NCBI RefSeq assembly: GCF_004010195.1
Contig: NC_057759.1
Location: forward strand, 7,841,910 to 7,890,978
Length of the DNA stretch: 49,069 bases
Reading direction: 5' to 3'
From: Chiloscyllium plagiosum
Taxonomy: Eukaryota
Positions 35,846 through 46,759 of the stretch are shown here, in pieces; the stretch's first letter is position 1, and every line of letters starts with the position of its first letter. The notes under the pieces are model-generated. The model ran no database searches, had not been told where the DNA came from, and was given only the letters and a program-made list of their open reading frames with translations. A program made the position numbers and the translations under genes.

Positions 35846-37018
35846 CCTTTCCCTTATCAGGTCTCAAGTTTAACTTAAAATATTTAAGTCATTAAAGGTG
35901 GCAGTATTCATAACAATACAATAGATTTTTTTTACAGAAAATAGACATTAAGATATCTTCTAGGCTTCGTAAGTAAGGATATAGAGAACAAAAGCAGTGG
36001 AATTACAATGAATTTAATCTAAGACGTAGGTTGGACCTCAACTAGAATACGAAAGGATACGAACACATGACAGAAAGTGCAGAAGAGGCTTACAAGAATG
36101 TTTCCAGGATGTGATACTTCAGTAATGAGGAGAAATTGTTTTCCTTGGACAGGAGAAGACGAAGAGAAAATTTGAGTAGAAATGACTGACACCAAATTAA
36201 AATGCAGGTTCAGACAAGGTGGGCCAAATTGCCTCCTACACCATAATAAGTCTGTTGATATAACAATGGGAGAGAGGATTATAATGATAGCCTCAAAGAA
36301 GTTTTAATGTTGTTTAAGAACATAGGCAAACAAGGATACTTATTCCACCTTTCAATTTGATCATGGCTGATAAGTATTTTCACTTCATTGACCAGCCTTG
36401 TTATGCTTGTGCATGGAGTACAGAAGTCTGAAATGGTCACAAAGTCTGTATTTTATTCTCTGCGCATAGAGGATATCAAATTGGATATATCCAAATAAAT
36501 TGGAAAATAGCAGACAAAAATCATTGTCGTGGGGAAGAAACAAATGTGTGCTGTTCTGCATTGCAGCGACAGTCCAAGGAAGAGTAATTGAGAACCCTGA
36601 TAGAAAAATGAACAAAGATGATTTGGAGATGCCGGTGAAGGACCGGGGTGTACAAAGTTAAAAATCTCACAACACCAGATTATAGTCCTACAAGTTTAAT
36701 TGGAAGCTCTAGCTTTTGGAGCACTGCTCCTTCATCAGGTAATTTTGGAGTACAAAATTGTAAGTCACAGAATTTACATCAAAAGTTTACAGTGTGATGT
36801 AACTGAAATTATACGTTGAAAAAATACCTTGATTGTTTGTTAAGTCTCTCATCTGTTACGATGAGCATGATAGTTTCATTTCTTTCATACGTAAATCACA
36901 AAACTTTTTTTAAAAATTAAAAATCACACACCAGGTTATAGTCCAGCAGATTTAATTGTAAGTGCCGCTCCTTCATCAGGTGGTTGTGTCCTACATAGTA
37001 CAACTCTGTTAATTCATT

Positions 37019-37330
37019 GGGCGGCACAGTGGCACAGTGGTTAGCACTGCTGTCTCAGAGTGCCAGAGACTTGTGTTCAAATCCTGCCTCAGGCACATTC
37101 TCCCTGTGTCTGCGTGGATTTCCTCCGGGTGCTCCGGTTTCCTCCCACAGTCCAAAAAAGGTGAATTGGCCATGTTAAATTGCCTGTAGTGTTAGGGGCA
37201 GGGGTAAATGTAGGGAAATGGGTCTGGGTGGGTTACGCTTCGGCGGGTCGGTGTGGACTTGTTGGGCGTGTGGACTTGTTGGGCCGAAGGGCCTATTTCC
37301 ACACTGTAAGTAATCTAATCTAATCTAATC
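37019..37330 (+). mobile_element. HE1-like SINE inserted in the spacer of the inverted-repeat element
   Basis: Head, central domain and (taatc)n tail; 17-nt tandem duplication gtgtggacttgttgggc. Confidence 0.92.
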
Positions 37331-37605
37331 AGTCTAAATATTATGGCGCAACCAACAGAACACAGAGGGCTAACACCTTCAACATCTTATCTGGCCTGAC
37401 ACCAATTGTTACAGTTAACCTGAGAATGTAACTTTTTAAAAAAAAGTTTTGTGGTTTACATATGAAAGAAGTGAAACTGTCATGCTCATCCTAACAGATG
37501 AGAGACTTAAGAAACAATCAAGGTATTTTTCAATGTATAATTTCAGTTACATCACACTGTAAACTTTTGCTATAAATTCTGTGTCTTACAATTGTGCACT
37601 CCACA

Positions 37606-37642
37606 ATTACCTGATGAAGGAGCAGTGCTCCGAAAGTGAGTG
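37606..37642 (+). ncRNA. Hammerhead-like motif with GGAGC/GCTCC stem II (stem III mutated)
   Basis: attac CTGATGA a GGAGC agt GCTCC GAAA gtgag; the partner copy reads ...GCTCC AAAAGCTA. Confidence 0.65.
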
Positions 37643-37982
37643 CTTCCAATTAAACCTGTAGTAGGACTATAACCTGGTGTTGTGATTTTTTAACTTTGAA
37701 CAAAGATGACATAGCGAAACAGAGGGAAGCTGCATATAGTGGATGGCAGATGACCAGCTGTGTGTACTGGCAGTTGAGACAGAAGATGATGACAGGATGA
37801 GTCCAGTTGTCACTATACGGTAGTCAAAATGGAGATACAGGATATGGGATGGATGCAACGAACAAAGAAAATTACAGCACAGGAACAAAGCCTCCAAGCC
37901 TCCGCCAATCCAGATCCTCTATCTAAACCTGTCGTCTATTTTCTAAGGGTCTGTATCCCTTTGCTCCCTGCTCATTCATGTA

Positions 37983-39742
37983 TAGAGTAATAGAGTCATA
38001 GAGATGAACAGCATCGAAACAGACCCTTTGATCCAACCATGCCGACCAGATATCCCAACCCAATCTAGTCCCACCTACCAGCACCCGGCTCCAAACCCTT
38101 TCTATTCATATACCCATCCAAATGGGTCTTAAATGTTGCAATTGTACCAGCCTCCACCACATCCTCTGGCAGCTCATTCCATACCTGATCACCCTCTGTG
38201 TGAAAAAGACCCTTAGGTCTCTCTCATATCTTTCCCCTCTCACCCTGAACCTGTGTCCTCTAGTTCTGGACTTCCTCACCCCAGGGAAAAGACTTTGTCT
38301 ATTTACCCTATCCATGCCCATTATAATTTTGTAAACCTCTATAAGGTCACTCCTCAGCCTCCGAAGTTACAGGGAAAACAGCCCCTGTTCAGCTTCTCCC
38401 TACAGCTCAAATCCTCCAATCCTGGCAACATCCTTGTAAATCTTTTCTGAACCCTTTCAAGTTTTACAACATCCTTTCCGATAGGAAGGAGACCAGAATT
38501 GCACGCAATATTCCAACACTGGCCTAACCAATGTCCTGTACAGCTGCAACTTGACTTCCCAACTCCTGTATTCCATACTCTGACCAAAAGCCTTCTTCAC
38601 TATCCTATCTACCTAAGACACCACTTTCAAGGAGCTATGTATCTGCACTCCAAGGTCTCTTTGTTCAGCAATACTGCCTAGGACCTTACCATTAAGTGTT
38701 TAATTCCTGCTAGGATTTGCTTTCCCAAAATGCAGCACCTCACATTTATCTAAATTAAACTCCATCTGCCACTTCTCAGCCCATTGGCCCATCTGGTCAA
38801 GACCCCATTGTAATCTGAGTAACCTTCTTCGCTGTCCGCTACAACTCCAATTTTGGTGTCATCAGCAAACTTACTAACTATACCTCTTATGCTCACATCC
38901 AAATCATTTATATAAATGATGGAAATTAGTGGACCCAGGATCAATCCTTGTGGCACTCTACTGGTCACAGGCCTCCAGTCTGAAAAACAACCCTCCACCA
39001 CCACCCTCTGTCTTCTACCTTTCAGCCAGTTCTGTATCCAAATGGCTAGTTCTCCCTGTATTCCATAAGATCCAACCGTGCTAATCAGTCTCCTGTGGGG
39101 AACCTTGTCGAACACCTTACTGAAGTCCATATAGACATCTACCGCTCTGCCCTCATCAATCCTCTTTGTTACTTCCTCAAAAAACTCAATCAAGTTTGTG
39201 AGACATGGTTTTCCACGCACAAAGCCATGTTGACTATCCCTAATCAGTCCTTGTCTTTCCAAATACATGTACATCCTGTCCCGCAGGATTCCCTCCAACA
39301 AAGTGCCCACACAGATGTCAGGCTCACAGGTCTATAGTTCCCTGGCTCGTTCTTACCATCTTTCTTAAACAGTGGCACCACATTAGCCAACCTCCAGTCT
39401 TCCGGCACCTCACCTGTGCCTATCGATGATACAAATATCTCAGCAAGGGGCCCAGCAATCACTTCCCTAGCCTCCCACAGAGTTCTAAGGTACATCTGAT
39501 CAAGTCCTGGGGATTTATCCACTCTTATGCCTTTCAAGACATCCAGCATTTCCTCCTCTGTAATCTGGACATTTTGCAAGATGCCACCATCTATTTCCCT
39601 ACATTCTATATCTTCCATATCCTTTTCCACAGTAAACACTGATGCAAAATACTCGTTTAGCAACAACCCCATCTCCTGCAGCTCCACATAAATGCCGCCT
39701 TGCTGACCTTATTCTCTCCCTAGTTATCCTTTTGTCCTTAAT
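37983..39742 (-). mobile_element. 5'-truncated CR1, very similar to 22209-23803
   Basis: QHGFVRGK, YMDFSKVFDKVPH, FADDTKIG and TRGHRFRVRG motifs. Confidence 0.93.
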
Positions 39743-39879
39743 ATCCTCCTTCACTGTGCACTACACAACCGAGTGTCATCTAAGAAATTACTAACCAAGC
39801 TTTCTATGTTCTCAACTAAATCATTTATATAAAATGACAAACAGAAGTACACCCTGCACCAATCCCTGTAGAACATGCT

Positions 39880-40130
39880 GGTCATGGATACATGGAAACA
39901 CCAACACCTGCAGGTTTCTCTCCAAGTCACTTACCATCCTAACTTGGAAATATATTGCTGTTCCTTCAGTGTTTCCTGGTCAGAATGCTGGATGTCATTT
40001 CCTAATGGCATTGTGTCTCTACATATAGCCTATAAGTTGACATAGTTCAAGAATGCAGCTCAAGAGCAACAAAGGATGGGTAATAAATGCTGGTGCAGCC
40101 AGTAATCCCCCATCTATTGATTGAAAAGAA
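39880..40130 (+). mobile_element. 3' UTR fragment of LINE family B
   Basis: Homologous to 3985-4245 and 23905-24160. Confidence 0.8.
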
Positions 40131-40349
40131 AAGGAAGATATTTGTGCAGGGATGAAGAGACCAGACAATTAGTGAGCTAGTCGCAAAGATAAATCATTCT
40201 GCATATGTACACACAAGATTTAGAGATATGGAATAATCAAGCTGCGTAAAAGTAGTAGAAAATTTAAATCATATCTGTTACACTCTGTTAGTATAACATC
40301 AGTGTCATTAACTCATGAACCATGTAATCTTAGTAGATACACCTTAAAT

Positions 40350-41800
40350 GACACTATCCCTGTGCCTGCCCCTACCACTTGGGCTGACAACACGTTCCAG
40401 GCACCCACCACCCTCTGCATCTAGAACTTTCCAAGCGTATCTCCCCTAAACTTTTCCTCTCTCACTTTGAACTCGTGACCCCTGGTAACTGAGTCCTCCA
40501 CTCTGGGGGAAAAAAAACTCCTTGCTATCCACCCTGTCTATACTTCATAATTTTGTTGACCTCAATCAGGTACCCTCTCAACCTCTGTCTTTTTAATGAA
40601 TATCCTAATCTACTTAACCTGTCTTCATAGCTAGCCATACCAGGCAACATCCTGGTGAACCTCCTGTGCACCCTGTGCAAAGCATCCACATCCTTTTGGT
40701 AATGTGGTGACCAGAAATGTGGCCCAACCAAAGTCTTAATTGAGAGTGTGTTGCTGGAAAAGCACAGCAGATCAGGCAGCATCTGAGGAGCAGGAAAATC
40801 AACATTTCGGATCGGAGCCCTTCATCAAGAATGCTTTTTCAGGGACACCCTCTCAACTCTGATCTCCAGCATCTGCAGACCTCACTGTCTCTAGTTGAAC
40901 CAAAGTCTCATACAACCGTAACATGACCTGCCAACTCTTGTACTCAACATCCTGTCCGATGAAGGAAAGCATGTTGTCTTGACCACTCTACTGACCTGCT
41001 TTGCCACCTTCAGGGAACAATGGACCTGAACACCCAGATGTCTCTGTACATTAATTTTCCTCAGGACTTTTCCATTTGCTATATAGTTCACTCTTGCATC
41101 TTTCAAAATGCATCACCTTGCATTTGCCCAGATTGAACTCTATCTGCCCAACTCTCCAATCTATCTATATTCCGTTGTATTTTCCGATAGTCCCCTTCAC
41201 TATCTGCTACCCCATCAATCTTAGTGTCACCTACAAACTTGCTAGTCACACTGCCTACACCTTCCTCCGAATCATTTATGTAAATCACAAACAACAGTGG
41301 TCCCAGCACAGATCCCTGTGAAACACCACTGGTCATAGGTCTCCATTTTGAGAAACTCTCTTCCATTACTACTGTCTGTCTCCTGTTGACCAGCCAGATC
41401 TCTGTCCATCTAGCTCGTGCACTCTGGACCTCATGTGACTTCACCTTCTCAATCAGCCTGCCATGGGGAACCTTATTCAATGCCGTACTAAAGTCCATGT
41501 ATATGACATTTACAGCCCTTCTCTCATCAATCAACTTTGACACTTCCTCAAAGAATTCTATTTGGTTTGTAAGACATGACCTTCCCTGCACAAAACCATG
41601 TTGCCTATCACTGGTCAGCCCATTTTCTTCCAAATAGGAGTAGACCCTATCCCTCAGTATGTTGTGCAGCAGATTCCGTACCAGTGACATCAGACTTCAC
41701 CGGTCTATAATTACCTGGATTATCCCTGCTACCCTTCAAAAGGGGACAACATTAGCAATTCTCCAGTCCTCCGGGACCTCACCCGTGTTCAAGGATGCAG
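40350..41800 (-). mobile_element. CR1 RT and 3' fragment
   Basis: QHGFVQGRSCLTN, SGVSQGSVLGPLLFVIYIND and FVGDTK motifs. Confidence 0.88.
40737..40897. mobile_element. Short inverted PLE tip insertion
   Basis: TSD aaccaaagtct at 40726-40736 and 40898-40908; same inverted architecture as 33504-33648; decayed hammerhead on minus strand near 40797-40832. Confidence 0.8.
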
Positions 41801-43000
41801 TTGATAGTGTTACTTCTTTACATATACATTTGCTCATGAAGATGTTTCATTGTAAATTATCCACTAGATAAGGCTAAGGAAAAATAATTTTTCAAAACTG
41901 TTGTATGTAAAAATAATTATAATTTCTATTTAATTTTACATCGTAAACTTGAATGTTGGACGATTGATTAAGTTTGCGGACGATGCAAAAATTGGTGAGG
42001 TGGCAAAAAGTGAGGAGGATAACTTCAGCTTACTAAGATTGCAGACGACAAAGATTGGTTGTGTGGTCAACAGTACAATTGAGTGTCTTGGGCTACAAGA
42101 GTATGTAACTAGGATGGTCAAATGAGCAATAAGTTGCAGGTAGAATTTACACATCTTTAATTTGACAAGGAAGCATTCAATGAACGGCATGGCACGAGGA
42201 AGTACTGTGGAAAAAGGCACCTTGGGGTGTTTGTCCACAATCCCTGAAGGCGGAAGAGCATGTTACTATGGTGGTGGAAAAGGCATACGGGATACTTCCC
42301 TTTACCATTCAAGGCTTGTATCACCAAATGCCCAAAAGTCACGTTGGAGTTGTATAGAACTTTGGTGAGACCACAGCTGCTACACAATACTATGTGCTGT
42401 TCTCGTTGCCACATTATAGGAAGGATGGGATTACATTGGAGGGGGTGCAGAAGATATTGACCAGAATGCTATCTGGGCTGAAAAATTTAAGTTATGAGGG
42501 AAGTTTGGATAGACTTGGGTTGGTTTTGTTGAAACAGAGAAGACAAGGGGCAATCTATTTAAGGTGAACAAGATTATGATAGGCATGGACAGAGTGGATA
42601 AGGAGCAACTATCCCCTTAGTTGAAGAGTCAGTCAAAAAGGACACAGGTTCAAGATGAGGGACAGAAAGTTTAATTGGGATGTGAGGATAAATCTTATTA
42701 CTCAGAAGGTTGTGAATTCTGGAATGCGCTACCTAGGAGCATATTGCCTCACATCCTTTTTAAAAGTACCTGGACTTAGCATATCGTAACATTTCAAGGC
42801 TATGGGCCAGTTGCTGGTAAATGGGGTTAGGTTGATTGTCAGGTGTTTCTCACTGTTTGTACAGATGGGCTTTAGGATCTGTTCTACAACATCAAGGTGG
42901 GCTGCTCAGATGGGCTGATCACTGGCAGAGGGATTTCAATCTGGAAAAGTGTGAGGTGATGCAGTTGGGCAGGACAACATGGCAAGGGAATACATGATGA

Positions 43001-44684
43001 GCTGAAAAATGTGTTGCTGGAAAAGCGCAGCAGGTCAGGCAGCATCCAAGGAGCAGGAGAATCGATGTTTTGGGCATAAGCCCTTCTTCAGGAATGAGGA
43101 AGGTGTGCCAAGCAGGCTAAGATAAAAGGTAGGGAGGAAGGACTTGGGGGAGGGGCATTGGGAATGCGATAGTTGGAAGAGGTTAAGGTGAGGGTGATAG
43201 GCCGGAGAGGGGGTGGGGGTGGAGAGGTCGGGAAGAAGATTGCAGGTCAAGAAGGCGGTGCTGAGTCCGAGGGTTGGGACTGAAATAAGGTGGGGGGAGG
43301 GGAAATGAGGAAGCTGGAGAAATCTGCATTCATCCCTTGTGGTAGGAGGGTTCCTAGGCGGAAGATGAGGCGCTCTTCCTCCAGGTGTCGTGTTGCCATG
43401 GTCTAGCGATGGAGGAGGCCAAGGACCTGCATGTCCTTGGCGGAGTGGGAGGGGGAGTTAAAGTGTTCAGTCTCGAGGCAGTTGGGTTGGTTGGTGCGGG
43501 TGTCCCAGAGGTGTTCTCTGAAACGTTCCGCAAATAGGCGGCCTGTCTCCCCAATGTAGAGGAGGCCACATCGGGTGCAACAAATGCAGTAAATGATGTG
43601 TGTGGAGGTGCAGGTGAATTTGTGACGGATATGGAAGGATCCCTTGGGGCCTTGGAGGGAATTGAGGTGGGAGGTGTGGGCGCAAGTTTTGTATTTCTTG
43701 CGGTTGCAGGGTAAGGTGCCGGGAGTGGAGGTTGGGTTGGTGGGGGGTGTGGACCTGACAAGGGAGTCGCGGAGGGAGTGGTCTTTCCGGAACGCTGATA
43801 GGGGAGGGGAGGGAAAGGTATCCTTGGTGATGGGGTCCGTTTGGAGGTGGCGGAAATGACGAAGGATGATACGATGTATCTGGAGGTTGGTGGGGTGGTA
43901 GGAGAGGACTAGTGGGGGTTCTGTCCTGGTGGCGATTGGAGGGGCGGGGTTCAAGGGCGGAGGAGCAGGAAGTGGAGGAGATGTGGTGGAGAGCATCATC
44001 AACCACATCTGAGGGGAAATTGCGCCCTTTGAAGAAGGAGGCCATCTGGGTTGTTCGGTATTGGAATTGGTCCTCCTGGGAGCAGATGCGGCGGAGGCGA
44101 AGGAATTGGGAATATGGGATGACGCTTTTACAGGGGGCAGGGTGGGAGGAGGTGGGAGTCGGTTGCCCGAGATAGAAATGGAAAGGTCCAGGAAGGGGAG
44201 GGAGGAGTCTGAGACGGTCCAGGTAAATTTGAGGTTGGAGTGGAAGGTGTTATTAAAAGTGGATGAACTGTTTAACCTCCTCGTGGGAGCACGAGGTAGC
44301 GCCAATACAGTCATCGATGTAGCGGAGGAAAAGGTGGGGGGTGGTGCCAGTGTAGCTGTGGAAGATGGAGTGTTCCACGTATCCTAGGAAGAGGCAGGCA
44401 TAGCTGGGGCCCATGCGGGTGCCCATGGCTACTCCTTTGGTTTGGAGGAAGTGGGAGGATTGGAAAGAGTTGTTCAGAGTGAGGACTAGTTCAGTCAGTC
44501 GAAGGAGGGTGTCAGTGGAAAGGTACTGGTTGGTTCGGCGGGAAAGGAAGAAGCGGAGGGCTTTGAGGCCTTCGTGATGGGGGATGGAGGTGTATAGGGA
44601 CTGGATATCCATGATGAAGATAAGGCGTTGGGGACCGGGGAAGCAAAAATCATGGAGGAGGTGGAGGGTGTGGGTGGTGTCCCA
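43001..44684 (-). mobile_element. 5'-truncated Neptune-type Penelope-like element (RT core, Zn-finger linker, GIY-YIG, pLTR)
   Basis: 17-bp TSD aagggaatacatgatga at 42984-43000 and 44685-44701; MDIQSLYTSIPH, GVAMGTRMGPSYA, RYIDDC, CNRKKYKTC, IIYCICCTRCGLLYIGETGR; CpG-decayed hammerhead at 43060-43095. Confidence 0.95.
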
Positions 44685-44992
44685 AAGGGAATACATGATG
44701 AATGGTAGGACCCTGAGAAGCTCGAGAATCAGATGGACCTTGGTATGTATGTCTACCAGACACTTCACATAGTGGACAGGTACATAGTGGTTAAGAAGGC
44801 ATTTGGGTACTTCTCTTTATTAGCCCAAAGTGTAATAGAGCCTGCAGACGCTGCATCGGTCTGTGTATCACCTGCAGACTCACCCTCAGAGGAGAAGAGA
44901 GTCATCATTGTCTGTGAGGGGCCATTGATGATGATAAGCCATTGCATGGAGTTTAAGAGCAGGAGGGTTAAGCTGGAGCTAAATAAATGTTT

Positions 44993-45213
44993 GTCAAAAA
45001 GTGTGGTGCTGGAAAAGAACAGTTGGCCAGTTAGCATCTGAAGAACAGGAGAATCGATGTTTCGGGTATAAGCCCTTCGTCACATCCCTGATGAAGGGTT
45101 TATGCCCGAAACATCGATTCTCCTACTCCTTGGATGCTGCCAAACCTGCTCTGCTTTTCCAGGACCACGCTTTTCGACTCTGATTTCCAGCATCTGCAGT
45201 CCTTGCTTGCTCT
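44993..45213. mobile_element. Fold-back PLE tip with two back-to-back hammerhead motifs
   Basis: Arms ~44993-45082 and ~45089-45178; plus-strand core CTGATGA a GGGT ttat GCCC GAAAC ATC at 45088-45115. Confidence 0.82.
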
Positions 45214-45808
45214 TACATAAATTGTTGGTAAGCCCCAATTACAGTATTGTGTGCAGTTCTGAAATCCAATTTATTAGGAGATGATTGCAGTGGAGAGGGG
45301 GCAAAGGAGATTTTCAGTTATGAAGAGAGACTGGATAGATTAGGATTGCTGCTCTTGATGCAGAGGAGACTGAAGGGGATATGATTGAGATGTACAAAGT
45401 TAGGAGAGGTTTAGACAGGAAGGAGCTACTCTACTTGTTTGACAAATCAATAATCAGGTGCCATAGATTTAAGGTAAGGGGCAAGAGGTTTAGAGGGATG
45501 TGAGAAAACCTTTTCCCATTCAGGGTAGTGGTGGGAATTTGCAACTTGCTGCCTGTGAGGATGGCAGAGGCAGAAAATTTCATCTAAATATTTATTAATT
45601 TTATGTGCATTTGCAGTGCCAAGGCATAAACGGCAGGAAACTGGGACTTGAATAAATGCTTGTGTTTGACAGGCGGAAGGGCCTTTTATTTTGACATTTT
45701 AGATTTCATGGTTTTTACTGAGTGTAAAGGATCATTTCAGTTTGCAAGAATTGTTTGTTTGTGATTTTACCAAAACATAATTATTTTCCTTTTTATCTTT
45801 TAGGACTA

Positions 45809-45823
45809 ATGGCAATAAAGTGA
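45809..45823 (+). promoter_or_regulatory. Short upstream ORF (MAIK*) in the HERC1 5' UTR
   Basis: ATG GCA ATA AAG TGA at 45809-45823, in frame with the main ATG and stopping 6 nt before it; context ctaATGg. Confidence 0.6.
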
Positions 45824-45829
45824 CCAACC

Positions 45830-46759
45830 ATGGCACTAATGATTCCACCAGTGAAGCTAAAATGGTTAGAGCATCTCAATAGCTCTTGGATTACGGAGGA
45901 CAGTGAGTCCATTGCCACAAGAGAAGGTGTTTCTATTTTGTACAATAAGCTAGTTAGCAGTAAGGAAGTGGTACCATTACCACAGCAGGTACTCTGCCTT
46001 AAGGGACCTCAGTTACCAGATTTTGAACGTGAGTCCCTCTCTAGCGATGAGCAAGAACACTATCTAGATGCTCTCCTTAGTAGCCAGCTGGCTCTGGCGA
46101 AGATGGTTTGCTCTGATTCTCCATTTGCAGCATCCCTTCGGAAGCGCTTGTTGGTGTTACAGCGTGTTTTTTATGCTCTTTCCAACAAATACCATGATAA
46201 AGGTAAAGTCAAGCAGCAACAGCATTCACCTGAAAGTAGTTCTGGAGCAACGGACATCCATTCTGTAAGTGAACGTCCAAGATCCAGTACGGATGCTCTA
46301 ATAGAGATGGGAGTTCGGACCGGATTAAGTCTATTGTTTGCACTATTACGACAGAGTTGGCTGATGCCTTCAACAGTGCCAGGATTGAACCTCTGTAATG
46401 ATGTTATTCATACAGCAATAGGTGTGATAAGCTCATTGCCACCATTATCTTTAGCAAATGAAAGTAAAATTCCAGCAATGGGACTGGACTGCTTGTCCCA
46501 AGTGACAACATTCTTAAAAGGAGTCACAATGCCAAACTCGGGCGCAGATATTTTGGGACGAAGATTAGCTTCAGAGTTGCTACTTGGACTTGCAGCCCAA
46601 CGTGGTTCTCTACGGTATCTTCTGGAATGGATAGAAATGGCTTTGGCTGCATCGGCTGTAGTTAGCACCATGGAGAAAACAAAACTGCCCATGAATCGAG
46701 AAGGAATGATCAGTCATGATTGCTTCATGAACATTCTTGTACAAATGAGACGCTCTTTG
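45830..46759 (+). CDS. HERC1: First coding exon of HERC1 (giant HECT/RCC1-like E3 ubiquitin ligase), N-terminal 310 codons; exon spans 45804-46759
   Basis: Translation MALMIPPVKLKWLEHLNSSWITEDSESIATREG...QMRRSL matches the vertebrate HERC1 N-terminus as I recall it. Polypyrimidine tract and TAG acceptor end at 45803, strong Kozak accATGg at 45830, phase-0 donor TTG|GTATGT at 46759/46760. The ORF tail beyond 46759 (VCIWNL...) is intronic. Confidence 0.97.

Larger units (their letters stand above)
36622..37696. mobile_element. Non-coding inverted-repeat PLE-derived element with a third hammerhead type
   Basis: TSD tgaacaaagatga at 36609-36621 and 37697-37709; arms ~36652-36916 and ~37433-37696; hammerhead-like cores at 36706-36744 (-), ~36961-36985 (-, partial) and 37606-37642 (+). 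Confidence 0.8.
41945..45700 (+). mobile_element. Decayed plus-strand CR1 fragments hosting PLE insertions
   Basis: KFADDAKIG, LELYRTLVRPQL and FNLEKCEVMQLGR motifs; the host sequence resumes after the insertions. Confidence 0.7.

Noticed and set aside
43403..44768. Potentially active Penelope RT-endonuclease gene
   Set aside because: 5'-truncated, frameshifted and internally deleted; hammerhead core decayed.
1..45803. HERC1 promoter or non-coding exon 1
   Set aside because: No CpG island or convincing promoter seen; it probably lies upstream of the window.
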